DNA of 64,000 nucleotides from an uncultured Clostridia bacterium (GTDB taxonomy: Bacteria; Bacillota; Clostridia; TANB77; CAG-508): positions 3,070-67,069 of the forward strand of contig CAKOXK010000003.1 of the NCBI GenBank assembly GCA_934130085.1, given 5' to 3'. The notes beneath the pieces are model-generated. The model made no database searches and was not told where the DNA came from. It was given only the letters and a program-made list of their open reading frames with translations. A program made the translations under genes and the position numbers. This document shows, one piece after another, positions 27,449-36,805 of this stretch. Each line of letters starts with the position of its first letter. Position 1 is the stretch's first letter.

Positions 27449-29561
27449 TTTTCTTCTCTTCTATCATTTTTATAAATTCTTCTTTTTGTTCTGGAGTATT
27501 TAAATCAAATATTTCTTTTACTATTTCATTCATTATATTGGTTTCGCCACTTTTTTTCATCTCTAATATAATTTTTCTTACATCTTCAATTTTAGCTTTA
27601 TCTTTATCTCCTATATCTTTATTATTCATTACTATATTTTTCAAATCATCCTTAGTAGGATATTTATCAAAAACTAATTTATAATCATTCTGTTTTATGA
27701 TATTATATTCATTACAAAGTTTATCCATTCCTTCACCATATCCCAAAACTTTAACCCATCCTTTGCTTCTAGTAATTGCTGTAAACAAAGAATTTCTATC
27801 CTTAGTACCGGTTAAAGAATTTACACATTTTTGAGCATTTAGAATAACAACATAATATGCCTCATTTCCCTTTGCTCTAAATATACTAGAATATACAACA
27901 GAATCATTTCTAAAAAAATCTTCTCTATATGCTGAACCTGCTAAATGTATATTTATATTTAGTTCTGGAGTTTCTTCATTTTCAACAAGTTGCTTAGCAT
28001 ATAATTCTCCTTTGTTTTCTGCATGAGCTAATGTATCCATATCTATTATTATTATTTCATTATATGGAATTCCATCATCAATTGCTTGTTTAATAATTTT
28101 TATTGTTTTACTTTCTTGTTCAGACTTATCATTACAATTTATAAAATCTATTATTTGTTCATCTTCATCGTCTAGAAAGTCTGGACTGGTCTCTTTATCT
28201 CTGTATAATGTAGTCTTTTCTCCTTCAATTATACTACCACTCTCTACTTTATATCCTATTGCATCCCATACATCTTTTGAACTAGGAAATTGCACTAATC
28301 CTTCTTCTCTATATATTCCACAGCCTATTGCATGAGCAGTAACTATAACTTTACTTTGGTTTCTATAGCAAACTTTTAATGGAGTATCAGATTTTATATC
28401 AGTTTCAAATAATTCCTTTGGTTCTTTCATAGATACATCATTTAAGTTCTGTAATTCATCATATGCATATACTAATCTTTTTTCATTAGTTAATGAATTT
28501 AAACATATTTTATAAAAGTTTTCTTTAAAATCTTGTGCCTCATCAATAATGATACAATCATATATTTTTTTAAATTCTTTTATTTCTTTTAATGCTTCTT
28601 CACAAACGCCTTCAAATGCATTTTTATTTCCGTATCTCATTTTACCATAATTAAATGTTTGAGGATTTATTTCGTTTGCTATACATATCTCATAATATAC
28701 ACCCTTGTTTGTACTTGATCCCCATGCATTCATTATTTTTAATTTTTTATAATCGGGTGATTTACCATCATTCTTTAATTTATAAAATTTATCTATAAAA
28801 TTATATATTTGGCCACTTAATGATCTAGTTTGAAATGTAACTACTATATTCCAGTCGGGATGCTTTGTATGTAATTCAACTGCTTTTCTTGCAAGTACTA
28901 TGGTCTTACCACTTCCTGCCATTCCTCTAATTCTTTGAATTCCTATAGGATCTGTTAATATGGCTTCCATTTGATTTTCATCATATCTTTCTATTTTATC
29001 ATTCATTTCAAGAATTTTCTTAGCTTTTTTCTTATTAACATTTAAATCATCTAATAAGACTCTTTTTCTGATTCCATATGCCTCTTGTATCCCGGAGATA
29101 ATTTTATTAATTTGATCTTCTGAAAATATGCTATCATTTCCTTTTTTTAATATATTTATAAATTCTTCTACACTATTAATTATAGGATATCCTTCTTGTG
29201 CGAGAATAGGATTATCAGAATTATTATATGTTATTATATTCATATTAAAAAATAGATTTCTTCTGTTTAATAAAAATTTGTATTTTTTTAATTTACTTTC
29301 CAACTTTGTATATATTTCATCTTGTATATCGGCATAATCTATTACACTTTGATTCAAAACATTTATAACAAATACACCTTTATTACATATAATTATTGAA
29401 TCAATTATAATATTTCTATTACTAATTTGATCTATAAAAATAGGATACCCTATATACATTTCACCTGAAATATCATCAAATTCTTCTTTTATTTTTTCTG
29501 TGATTTTCTGCATAATTTCCATCTTGCATGTTTCTAAATTATTTCCTATAACTTTTAACAT
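27438..29561 (-). CDS. superfamily 1 (UvrD/COG3972-like) helicase with an N-terminal nuclease-like (NERD/PD-(D/E)xK-related) region
   Basis: Walker A GMAGSGKT, motif II IIIDEAQDF, YDELQNL, and C-terminal FRAKGNEAYYVVIL and LFTAITRSKGWV. The N-terminal segment IDSIIICNKGVFVINV resembles a NERD core. GGGAGG SD. Confidence 0.75.
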   Translation of the reverse strand: MLKVIGNNLETCKMEIMQKITEKIKEEFDDISGEMYIGYPIFIDQISNRNIIIDSIIICNKGVFVINVLNQSVIDYADIQDEIYTKLESKLKKYKFLLNRRNLFFNMNIITYNNSDNPILAQEGYPIINSVEEFINILKKGNDSIFSEDQINKIISGIQEAYGIRKRVLLDDLNVNKKKAKKILEMNDKIERYDENQMEAILTDPIGIQRIRGMAGSGKTIVLARKAVELHTKHPDWNIVVTFQTRSLSGQIYNFIDKFYKLKNDGKSPDYKKLKIMNAWGSSTNKGVYYEICIANEINPQTFNYGKMRYGNKNAFEGVCEEALKEIKEFKKIYDCIIIDEAQDFKENFYKICLNSLTNEKRLVYAYDELQNLNDVSMKEPKELFETDIKSDTPLKVCYRNQSKVIVTAHAIGCGIYREEGLVQFPSSKDVWDAIGYKVESGSIIEGEKTTLYRDKETSPDFLDDEDEQIIDFINCNDKSEQESKTIKIIKQAIDDGIPYNEIIIIDMDTLAHAENKGELYAKQLVENEETPELNINIHLAGSAYREDFFRNDSVVYSSIFRAKGNEAYYVVILNAQKCVNSLTGTKDRNSLFTAITRSKGWVKVLGYGEGMDKLCNEYNIIKQNDYKLVFDKYPTKDDLKNIVMNNKDIGDKDKAKIEDVRKIILEMKKSGETNIMNEIVKEIFDLNTPEQKEEFIKMIEEKKNEE

Positions 29562-29587
29562 AATTTGCCTCCCATCTATTATTTATA

Positions 29588-30529
29588 TTAATTTTTATTT
29601 GGTTTTAAAAAATGCTCTATCATACTTGCATATTGATCTTGTGCATTTAAGCAAGTGTCTATTAAATAGCCTTTTTCTTTATTAGTTTGATATTGATTTA
29701 ATCCCCTATAGTAGAATAATTTATCTTTATCTAAAATAATAAATGGTACAATATTATTTTTTAAACATTCTTTAAATGCGATTATTCTACCAACTCTTCC
29801 GTTGCCATCTTGAAATGGATGTATCTTTTCAAATTTAGCATGAAATTCTATTATTTCATTTATTGTTTTTTGTTTTAAAGATTCATACCATTCTAATAAT
29901 TTTTTCATATCTCTTTCAACATTTTTCGGTTCCGTAGTTTTAAGTCCTCCTACTTCATTAGATAACTTTTTATAATCTCCAACTATAAACCAATCTTTCC
30001 TGCTATCTGACGTTCCCTCTTTTAATATTTTGTGAAATTCTTTTATCATTTTTTCTGTTAATTTTTTATATGCTATCTCTAACATATAATCAACTAATTT
30101 AAAATGATTAGCTGTTTCTATAACATCATCTAAATCTGTTATCGTATCTTTTTCTGCTAATAATGTATTAGTCTCATAAATATACCTAGTCTGATCTTCT
30201 GTAAGTTTGCTTCCTTCAATGTGATTTGTATTATATGCAAATGTAATTTGAGTATTGTGATATAAATTCCCCTTTAACTTCATATTTTTTTGTTCTCTTA
30301 ACACTTCTAAAATATTTATTTTAGATATATCAAAATCATCTTCTTTAATCAATTCATCAATAGAAACATTAAATATTTCCGCTAATCTTTTTAATGATTC
30401 AATATTAGGTTCCAATGTCCCAGATTCATATTTAGAAACCGTTGCTGGTTTTACTCCTAATATCTCTGCAATCTCGTTTTGAGTCATATTCTTATTTTCT
30501 CTATATATTTTTATTTTTTCTCCTAACAT
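29588..30529 (-). CDS. XRE-type HTH / Fic (AMPylase-type) fusion protein
   Basis: The N-terminal HTH_3 pattern is NMTQNEIAEILGVKPATVSKYESG. The Fic motif is canonical, HPFQDGNGRVGR. Preferred start is ATG 30529, after AAAGGAGAG. There is only a 26-nt gap to the helicase gene. Confidence 0.8.
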   Translation of the reverse strand: MLGEKIKIYRENKNMTQNEIAEILGVKPATVSKYESGTLEPNIESLKRLAEIFNVSIDELIKEDDFDISKINILEVLREQKNMKLKGNLYHNTQITFAYNTNHIEGSKLTEDQTRYIYETNTLLAEKDTITDLDDVIETANHFKLVDYMLEIAYKKLTEKMIKEFHKILKEGTSDSRKDWFIVGDYKKLSNEVGGLKTTEPKNVERDMKKLLEWYESLKQKTINEIIEFHAKFEKIHPFQDGNGRVGRIIAFKECLKNNIVPFIILDKDKLFYYRGLNQYQTNKEKGYLIDTCLNAQDQYASMIEHFLKPNKN

Positions 30530-30657
30530 AAAAAACTCTCCTTTTTGATTATAATAATATAATATCATATTATTTCCAAAGAAGAAAGTTTTTATTTAAT
30601 TTTTATTTATTTTTTCTAAAATAGAATTTGCTTTTTAATTAATTAATGATTACAATT

Positions 30658-32930
30658 TTATTCATTTTTATATTCTTCGCTATCTCCCGCAACAATTAAT
30701 TGATTTTCTTCATTGTCCTCATCTTTTTTATACTCAATCTCTTTTTTAATAAATAGTGATTTATTTGTAATACTAAAGAATTTATCGAAAAAGTCTAATA
30801 ATTTATCTATTACAACATTCTTTTTCTTTAGTCTAGATCTGTCTTTTGCAAACATATCCATTGGTGGCAATACAGATGATATTCCTGTTCCATCTGTTTC
30901 TATACTTCCTTTATCAAAAGATTTCTTAATAAATTTGTATGTTTCTTCTGAATTCAGATTCTCCTCCTTAATTATTTTGTCTAATTCTTCTCTCTTTCTA
31001 CTATTCATAAAAATCTCAAAATCAGTATATACATCTTAACTCACATTTAGTGAATCTATAAATTCTAGAATTAAATCTTTTTTATTTCTTAAGTCTGGAC
31101 TTGACATGATTGCTTTGTTAATTGTTACTAGCACCTCTTTATCTTGCATATTGCTATCATGATATTTTTTTACTAAAGCTAAAATATAATCTATATTTAC
31201 TTCTATTTGCTTTATAAGGTCCATTTCAAAAACTATATCTTCTATTATATCTGTTGAATCCACCTTTGATTTTTTTCTAAAATCATCATAAATATCTTGA
31301 TATACACTATGGTAATCTTGAGTATCTCGTTCATTTAGCAATTGTTCATCTTTAAATTGATCAAATGAATTTAAAATATTAGTTACTTTTAAAATTCCAC
31401 CATACAGTTTTATAAATTCCTTTTGTTTTTGTTCTCCAATAATTGGTTGCCCTATTGGCAATTTTTCTTTTAATTCTTCAACAAGTTCTTTATAACCTTT
31501 AAAATCCTTTCCTTTGTAATCTTCATAACCATAATAATAATCTTTATATGGCTTTAATAAAGCTATTCCTGAAGCATTACTATCTCCAAATAAAGCTAAT
31601 GCATCATTTAATTCTTTTTCTAAATTTCTAAATGAAACAATGTTACCGTAAGTTTTAACAGAATTTAATATTCTGTTTGTTCTTGAAAATGCTTGTATCA
31701 GTCCATGATATTTCAAATTTTTGTCCACCCATAGTGTATTAAGTGTTACAGCATCAAAACCAGTTAAAAACTTATTTGCAACTATTAAAATATCAATTTC
31801 TTTGTTCTTCATTCTTAGTGAAACATCTTTATAATAATTCTGAAATTTTTCTCCTGTTGTGTCATAACTTGTTCCAAACATTTTATTGTAATCTTTGATT
31901 GCTAACTCAAGAAAATCTCTATCACTCTTATTTAGCCCTTCTGTAGTTTCAGAATTTTCATCGTAAACTCCATCTACAACTTCATCATTTGCTCCATAGC
32001 TATAAATAAGAGCAATTTTCAAGTTATGGCTTTTATTATTTTTAAATTCACTATAATATTTTTTAGCCATATTTATATTAGCCACAGCAAAAATTGAATT
32101 AAGTCCTTTTATATTTGATTTACTCTTTATTTGTTTAGCATCTCTATTTTTAGCTACTTCCACAACATTTTCTAATGTATTATATACATATGACTCATCA
32201 TTTTTAGTTTTAGAAAAAAATGTTCAATTATATATTTTGTAATTGCTGATATTCTTGTTTTGTTATCATAAGCTTTTTCAATATCAATTTTATATACTTT
32301 TTCATCCTTTACATCTTCTTTAATATCAACCCTACCAATATATTCATATCTAAATGGTAATACATTTTTATCACTTATAGCATTTGCTATTGTGTATGTA
32401 TGAAGTCTTTCTCCAAATAATTGACCTGTAGTTTGCATTATTCCTTTTTTTGTTTTGGCATTCCCTGTAAATATGGGAGTTCCTGTGAATCCAAATATTA
32501 TCCATTTTTTAAATTTGGGGGTTATATTTTTGTGCATATCTCCCAACTGACTTCTATGGCATTCATCAAATATAAAAACTATTTTTTTGTTATATGCTTT
32601 TGAGTGGTTATTTTTCTTTATAAAACTATCTAACTTTTGAATTGTTGTAATAATTATTTTAGATTTGCTATCTTCTAGTTGTCCTTCTAATATTTTAGTA
32701 TTAACATTTGAATTAGCACATCCTTTTTTGAATCTATCATATTCTTTCATTGTTTGATAATCCAAATCTTTTCTATCTACTACAAATATAACCTTATCTA
32801 TATATTCAAGCTTACTTGCTATTTGAGCTGTTTTAAAAGAAGTCAATGTTTTTCCTGATCCAGTTGTATGCCATATATAGTCACCAGCTTCAATTGTTCC
32901 ATTTATTATTTGTATTAATTTTATTCATAT
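30658..32930 (-). pseudogene. hsdR: type I restriction enzyme R subunit (hsdR), 5'-truncated and split into three frames
   Basis: Fragments carry GSGKT (upstream of ORF 32172..32846, with no start codon), DECH (FIFDECHRSQ), GFTGTP, and QAFSRTNR (motif VI, in 31036..32163). A typical HsdR C-terminal tail lies in 30658..31008. The nuclease domain is missing, and no hsdM or hsdS is in the window. Confidence 0.8.
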
Positions 32931-32949
32931 TTATTATATTGGCAACTCT

Positions 32950-35172
32950 TTACTTTAATAAGCAACATTGCTTATATTTCTTGCCACTACCACATGGGCA
33001 CAATTCATTTCTTCCTATTTTTTTGCTTTCTAACTTTATTCCTCGTTTACATCTCAAAGCTTCTGCTAAATTTAAAATTTCTGTTGTTCTTGCACCATAA
33101 TCAAGTGGAGATAAAATCCTTAAAAAGACCTTAACAATTTCATCTTTTTTATCATAATATAAAAATACAACTAAAACCTTATTGTTTTTAGCAAGATACA
33201 TATTTGCATATGCATCTTTAAATAAAACATCTTTATCTATATCTTGTTCGTCATAAATAGATGATATACATACACCATCTATGTCATTTTCATCCTTTTT
33301 AGTTAACGTCATATATCCATATTTAGGTCTTCTGTTATTTTTGTAAAATTCTTTTGATTGTAAAATTATTTTTTCTATTTGATTTTGTGTGTCAAAATTT
33401 AGGTTTAATAAAAATGTAGTTAAATATGTATGGTTTTCAAGTTCTATATTTTCTTCACAAAATTCTATAACTTTTTTTATTTCTTTTGGAGTTTTCCTAA
33501 ATGGTTTACTTACTTTTGACTTCTTAAACCATAAACTATTATAATAAGTATCTAACTCTTCCATCCAATCTTCTCCACTAATAGCTACTATTCCTAATTC
33601 TCCCATTATGTCATTTTCTTCTTCAAAGTCTTTTATTCTCTTATTTATATACTCATTATAAAAGTTATATTCAATCCACATTCCTAAATGATATAATTCG
33701 TCTACTAAGTCAATATTTTTATTACCAATAGCCTTTTTTCTTTGTAATAAATATTGTATAAAATAACAAGGATGCTGTCTGAAATATTCACTATATACTC
33801 TTAAATCATCTAAACAAAAAACAAGTGTATTTTCGCTTAATGATAATATTTTCACTTTATCTATTCTTGCTTCAATATCATTAAATGCCTCTGCTGTTAT
33901 TATAATTTTAAATATCTTTGTGTCGTCGTTTATTTTTATTTCAGCTTTTTTATTTCTTGTTTTTTTATTATTACTATCAAATATAGTAACACTCTTCTTA
34001 TCAATTAAGCATTTTTCAAGAGAGTCTTGTTGCTGATTCGCTTTTACTATTAAATTGTTTAATGTTTCTTTATGTGAATCCAAATCACTACTTGCTAATT
34101 CCGGAGTAAAATTTCCGGCTTTTACTTCAATAATGAAAACATTATTATCATATATTAGAAGAATATCATTTTCTATAATTTTTTGACTATATTCATAATA
34201 ATTTCCAATATAACTCTGTTTAGTATTAAATATATTTTTGAAATAATTTAATACTACTTGTTCCACATTAGAAGTATATCTTGCTCTAATTTCTTCTCTT
34301 TTATTTTTTAACTTTTGGCACATTCCTAGTATTGCTATTCTGTCAAAATTATCATAAAATTGTTGTTCCAATAGTATATAGTAATTATCATCAATTTTTA
34401 TTAATGGTCTATACTTTATTTTATTTATTAATCTATCCCAATTTTCTATACTTATATTATCCCAAAACTCTTTATATTCTTCTTTATCAACAATAAATTG
34501 CTCTATAAAAAAAGTAGTCCATTTAGTATTTTCCTGAATATTTGCCAATTCCAAACTAAATATATTATTTGAATATTCTTCTATTTTTTCTTTCTTTACT
34601 ATACTTCTTAACTCGTTTGCACTATTTTCAAATTTAAAATAAAAATTCTTCTTTAATTCTAATATTCCATTATACAAATCATTTAATGAGAAATTATATG
34701 TATCTAAAAATTCTTCTTTTAAACACTCTAACAAGTCCTTATGATGCTGCACTTCAAAAACATCATACCTTTTACCACTCCAGTCTTTAAAAGAATCTGA
34801 ATGCATTATATAATCTGCCTCATCTTTTGTTAATTTTTTAGAAAATCTTTGTACTAATTTATATCTATAAGTGCATATTTGTAACTCATCTAATATTTTT
34901 TCAATTTTATCAAAATCTTTTTGTTGTATTTTTTTTGACCTAAAATCACTCTCATTTATACAAGAAAACAATATCTGCAAATGCAATATTTTTTTACTTT
35001 TTAACCATCGTTCATCTCTATTTACATCTTCTCCATAGCTACTTTTATATTCAAAATAGAAATATGAAAAAATATCATACATTGAAAATTGCTTAATATA
35101 ATTTATAATCTCATTAATTTTATTTTTAAATTCTACCTGAAGTTCTTCTGCTGTTGAAAATGTATTTTTCAA
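32950..35172 (-). CDS. 740-aa protein with a PD-(D/E)xK (NERD-like) core and a C-terminal SEC-C motif
   Basis: DILLIYDNNVFIIEVKAG gives the D...ExK arrangement. The C-terminus is CPCGSGKKYKQCC. The start is TTG at 35172, after GAAGGTG. Confidence 0.7.
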   Translation of the reverse strand: MKNTFSTAEELQVEFKNKINEIINYIKQFSMYDIFSYFYFEYKSSYGEDVNRDERWLKSKKILHLQILFSCINESDFRSKKIQQKDFDKIEKILDELQICTYRYKLVQRFSKKLTKDEADYIMHSDSFKDWSGKRYDVFEVQHHKDLLECLKEEFLDTYNFSLNDLYNGILELKKNFYFKFENSANELRSIVKKEKIEEYSNNIFSLELANIQENTKWTTFFIEQFIVDKEEYKEFWDNISIENWDRLINKIKYRPLIKIDDNYYILLEQQFYDNFDRIAILGMCQKLKNKREEIRARYTSNVEQVVLNYFKNIFNTKQSYIGNYYEYSQKIIENDILLIYDNNVFIIEVKAGNFTPELASSDLDSHKETLNNLIVKANQQQDSLEKCLIDKKSVTIFDSNNKKTRNKKAEIKINDDTKIFKIIITAEAFNDIEARIDKVKILSLSENTLVFCLDDLRVYSEYFRQHPCYFIQYLLQRKKAIGNKNIDLVDELYHLGMWIEYNFYNEYINKRIKDFEEENDIMGELGIVAISGEDWMEELDTYYNSLWFKKSKVSKPFRKTPKEIKKVIEFCEENIELENHTYLTTFLLNLNFDTQNQIEKIILQSKEFYKNNRRPKYGYMTLTKKDENDIDGVCISSIYDEQDIDKDVLFKDAYANMYLAKNNKVLVVFLYYDKKDEIVKVFLRILSPLDYGARTTEILNLAEALRCKRGIKLESKKIGRNELCPCGSGKKYKQCCLLK

Positions 35173-35285
35173 ATTTATTCACCTTCTTTATTTTTTTAAA
35201 TTCTCCTTATTTCGTATTGTATCACAATTTCTTTATTTTTTCAGTAAGTTTCAAAATTTCCGCCGTTTTTTTCGTGCATAAAAAA

Positions 35286-35310
35286 ATCAAGGAATGTTTA
35301 ATTCCTTGAT
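35286..35310 (-). terminator. terminator immediately downstream of the tRNA(fMet) remnant
   Basis: ATCAAGGAAT / ATTCCTTGAT stem followed on the minus strand by TTTTTTT. Confidence 0.55.
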
Positions 35311-35316
35311 AAATTT

Positions 35317-35366
35317 GGTTGCGGGAGTAAGACTCGAACTTACGACCTTCGGGTTATGAGAATTTA
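35317..35366 (-). other. 3' half of an initiator tRNA(fMet) gene (att remnant, not a functional tRNA)
   Basis: The rc reads CTCATAACCCGAAGGTCGTAAGTTCGAGTCTTACTCCCGCAACCA: anticodon loop with CAT, variable loop, T-arm and acceptor 3' strand plus CCA. It is close to the canonical bacterial initiator tRNA 3' half. No D-arm or 5' acceptor strand lies upstream. Confidence 0.75.
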
Positions 35367-35490
35367 ATTAGCCATTTTTGAAGTTTATTGAAATGTTTAG
35401 TTTTTATTGAAATATAAGTGTTTATATCACTTTTCTTTTACTGAACTCTTGTTTGATTTTTGGACAGTTTTGAGAGCTTTTTTCCCCTTT

Positions 35491-35557
35491 CTGTCCCCAA
35501 GATTTTAAAAGTCTTGTCACACAAGATGTTCAAATATACTTTTGCAAATTGGGGACA
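35491..35557. promoter_or_regulatory. inverted TGTCCCCAA / TTGGGGACA pair plus a TCTTGTCACACAAGA palindrome at the island 2 left end
   Basis: CTGTCCCCAA at 35491-35500 and TTGGGGACA at 35549-35557. CTGTCCCCAAA recurs at 45237-45247, next to the palindrome AGCTTGTGTCACCAAGCT. Confidence 0.4.
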
Positions 35558-35588
35558 TTTGAATTTTATATAATTTGTAGGTTTATTT

Positions 35589-35879
35589 ATGAATAATTTT
35601 AAAGAAGTTAATGATGATATTATCAAGGAATGGTTAGAATTTAGGGAAGAAACCGCATTCTGCAATATGACTCCTCAAGATAAAAAATATTGTATATATT
35701 TTGATGAATTGGCTGAAAAAATAATGAATAATGTACCAAAACAAAATAAGAAATATGTTCAAAAACAACTAGATCAGCTTGATAAAAATTTTATGGATTA
35801 TCTTTGCTACTGGAATGAGAAATATTATAGAAACGGATTTGTAGATGGTTCTCAGTTAGTTATGGGGTGTTTTGATTAA
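35589..35879 (+). CDS. small conserved island-border protein, paralogue of 26476..26778
   Basis: See 26476..26778. It has the same size class, the same motifs and the same position relative to the tRNA remnant. Confidence 0.55.
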   Translation: MNNFKEVNDDIIKEWLEFREETAFCNMTPQDKKYCIYFDELAEKIMNNVPKQNKKYVQKQLDQLDKNFMDYLCYWNEKYYRNGFVDGSQLVMGCFD

Positions 35880-35892
35880 TAAGCATAATAAT

Positions 35893-35936
35893 AAAGAATG
35901 CTATGCTATTAAAAATCATGTAAAGCATTCTTTTAT
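35893..35936 (+). terminator. rho-independent terminator
   Basis: AAAGAATGC / GCATTCTTT stem followed by TTTTATT, 14 nt after the stop at 35879. Confidence 0.6.
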
Positions 35937-35960
35937 TAATCTTATAAATGTATATATATC

Positions 35961-36176
35961 TTATATTCTTCTATTATATAAGTACCATATTAGTATTTCC
36001 TTTTCATCATAGTCTTCTACTTCTATTGCAAATCTTCTCTTAAGACCAACTACATTAACATATCCATTTATTTTCAAATTGTACATACGTTGTTCAAAAT
36101 TTTCGCTACCTGTTTTTCCTATTTTTACTAGCCCTGGAACAATTGTAATCATACAATATATTATTCCCTTAGCCAT
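35961..36176 (-). CDS. short T5orf172 / GIY-YIG-like domain fragment
   Basis: GIIYCMITIVPGLVKIGKTGS...R resembles the N-terminal part of the T5orf172 domain. At 71 aa it is probably truncated. Confidence 0.35.
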   Translation of the reverse strand: MAKGIIYCMITIVPGLVKIGKTGSENFEQRMYNLKINGYVNVVGLKRRFAIEVEDYDEKEILIWYLYNRRI

Positions 36177-36249
36177 ATATATTCACCCTTTCATTATTAT
36201 TTAACTTATATAACTAGATATTACCATTGTTTACATTATTATTCAATAT

Positions 36250-36714
36250 TTAGGTTTCGCTTCTTTTTAATATCAATGTTATATGTTGTGAAATCTCATC
36301 ATTAATAAAACCAAATTTTTTCCAAAACCAATTTCCGTCGCCGTCAGGTTGTAAAATAATATCTTTATCTTTATATACTTCATTAACAATATACTTTTCT
36401 AAATATTTTCCCAACCCCTGATTGCGATATGGCAAATCTATCATAAAGTCAGAAATAAAAATAATTTTGGAGTCACCATCATATCTTTGACTTACGTCAT
36501 TTGCATAACAGATTACATGTAAATCTTCATAAATTATTGCATAGCCTATTATTACTTTTTTTTGAAAAAAATTTTTATCCATTAATAAATATATATTTTT
36601 CCCTTTTGAAAATGTTTGAATATTCAATGTAGACATATATTTTGATTTATTATATTTTCTTATAAATCTTGAATATTCAATTTTTGAATTATAATCATAT
36701 TTACAAATTTCCAT
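36250..36714 (-). CDS. GNAT-family N-acetyltransferase
   Basis: The acetyl-CoA binding pattern is RNQGLGKYLEKYIV. 154 aa. Confidence 0.7.
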   Translation of the reverse strand: MEICKYDYNSKIEYSRFIRKYNKSKYMSTLNIQTFSKGKNIYLLMDKNFFQKKVIIGYAIIYEDLHVICYANDVSQRYDGDSKIIFISDFMIDLPYRNQGLGKYLEKYIVNEVYKDKDIILQPDGDGNWFWKKFGFINDEISQHITLILKRSET

Positions 36715-36805
36715 ATTTTTTCTTTCCTAATAATTTTATTTAACTCTCTCTATATATAAAGACAAGATTATTGTTTATTATCTTGTCTTTTATAAAAAAT
36801 TATAT

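Larger units (their letters stand above)
26324..35316. mobile_element. genomic island 1 (about 9 kb, no integrase), bounded by tRNA(fMet) 3'-half remnants
   Basis: Flanked by the 26300-26323 and 35317-35366 remnants in the same orientation. Its cargo is defence-type genes plus a decayed hsdR. Confidence 0.6.

Noticed and set aside
30658-35172. Functional type I R-M system
   Set aside because: hsdR is truncated and frameshifted, and no hsdM or hsdS is present anywhere in the window.
35317-35366. Possible intact tRNA(fMet) gene
   Set aside because: Only the anticodon loop to the CCA end is present. The upstream sequence (GGCTAATTAAATT) cannot form the anticodon stem, D-arm or acceptor 5' strand. 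The same holds at 45317-45361.
35438-35665. 75-aa minus-strand ORF overlapping the start of 35589..35879
   Set aside because: It overlaps the promoter and 5' end of the conserved paralogous gene on the other strand. It has no SD and no counterpart in island 1.
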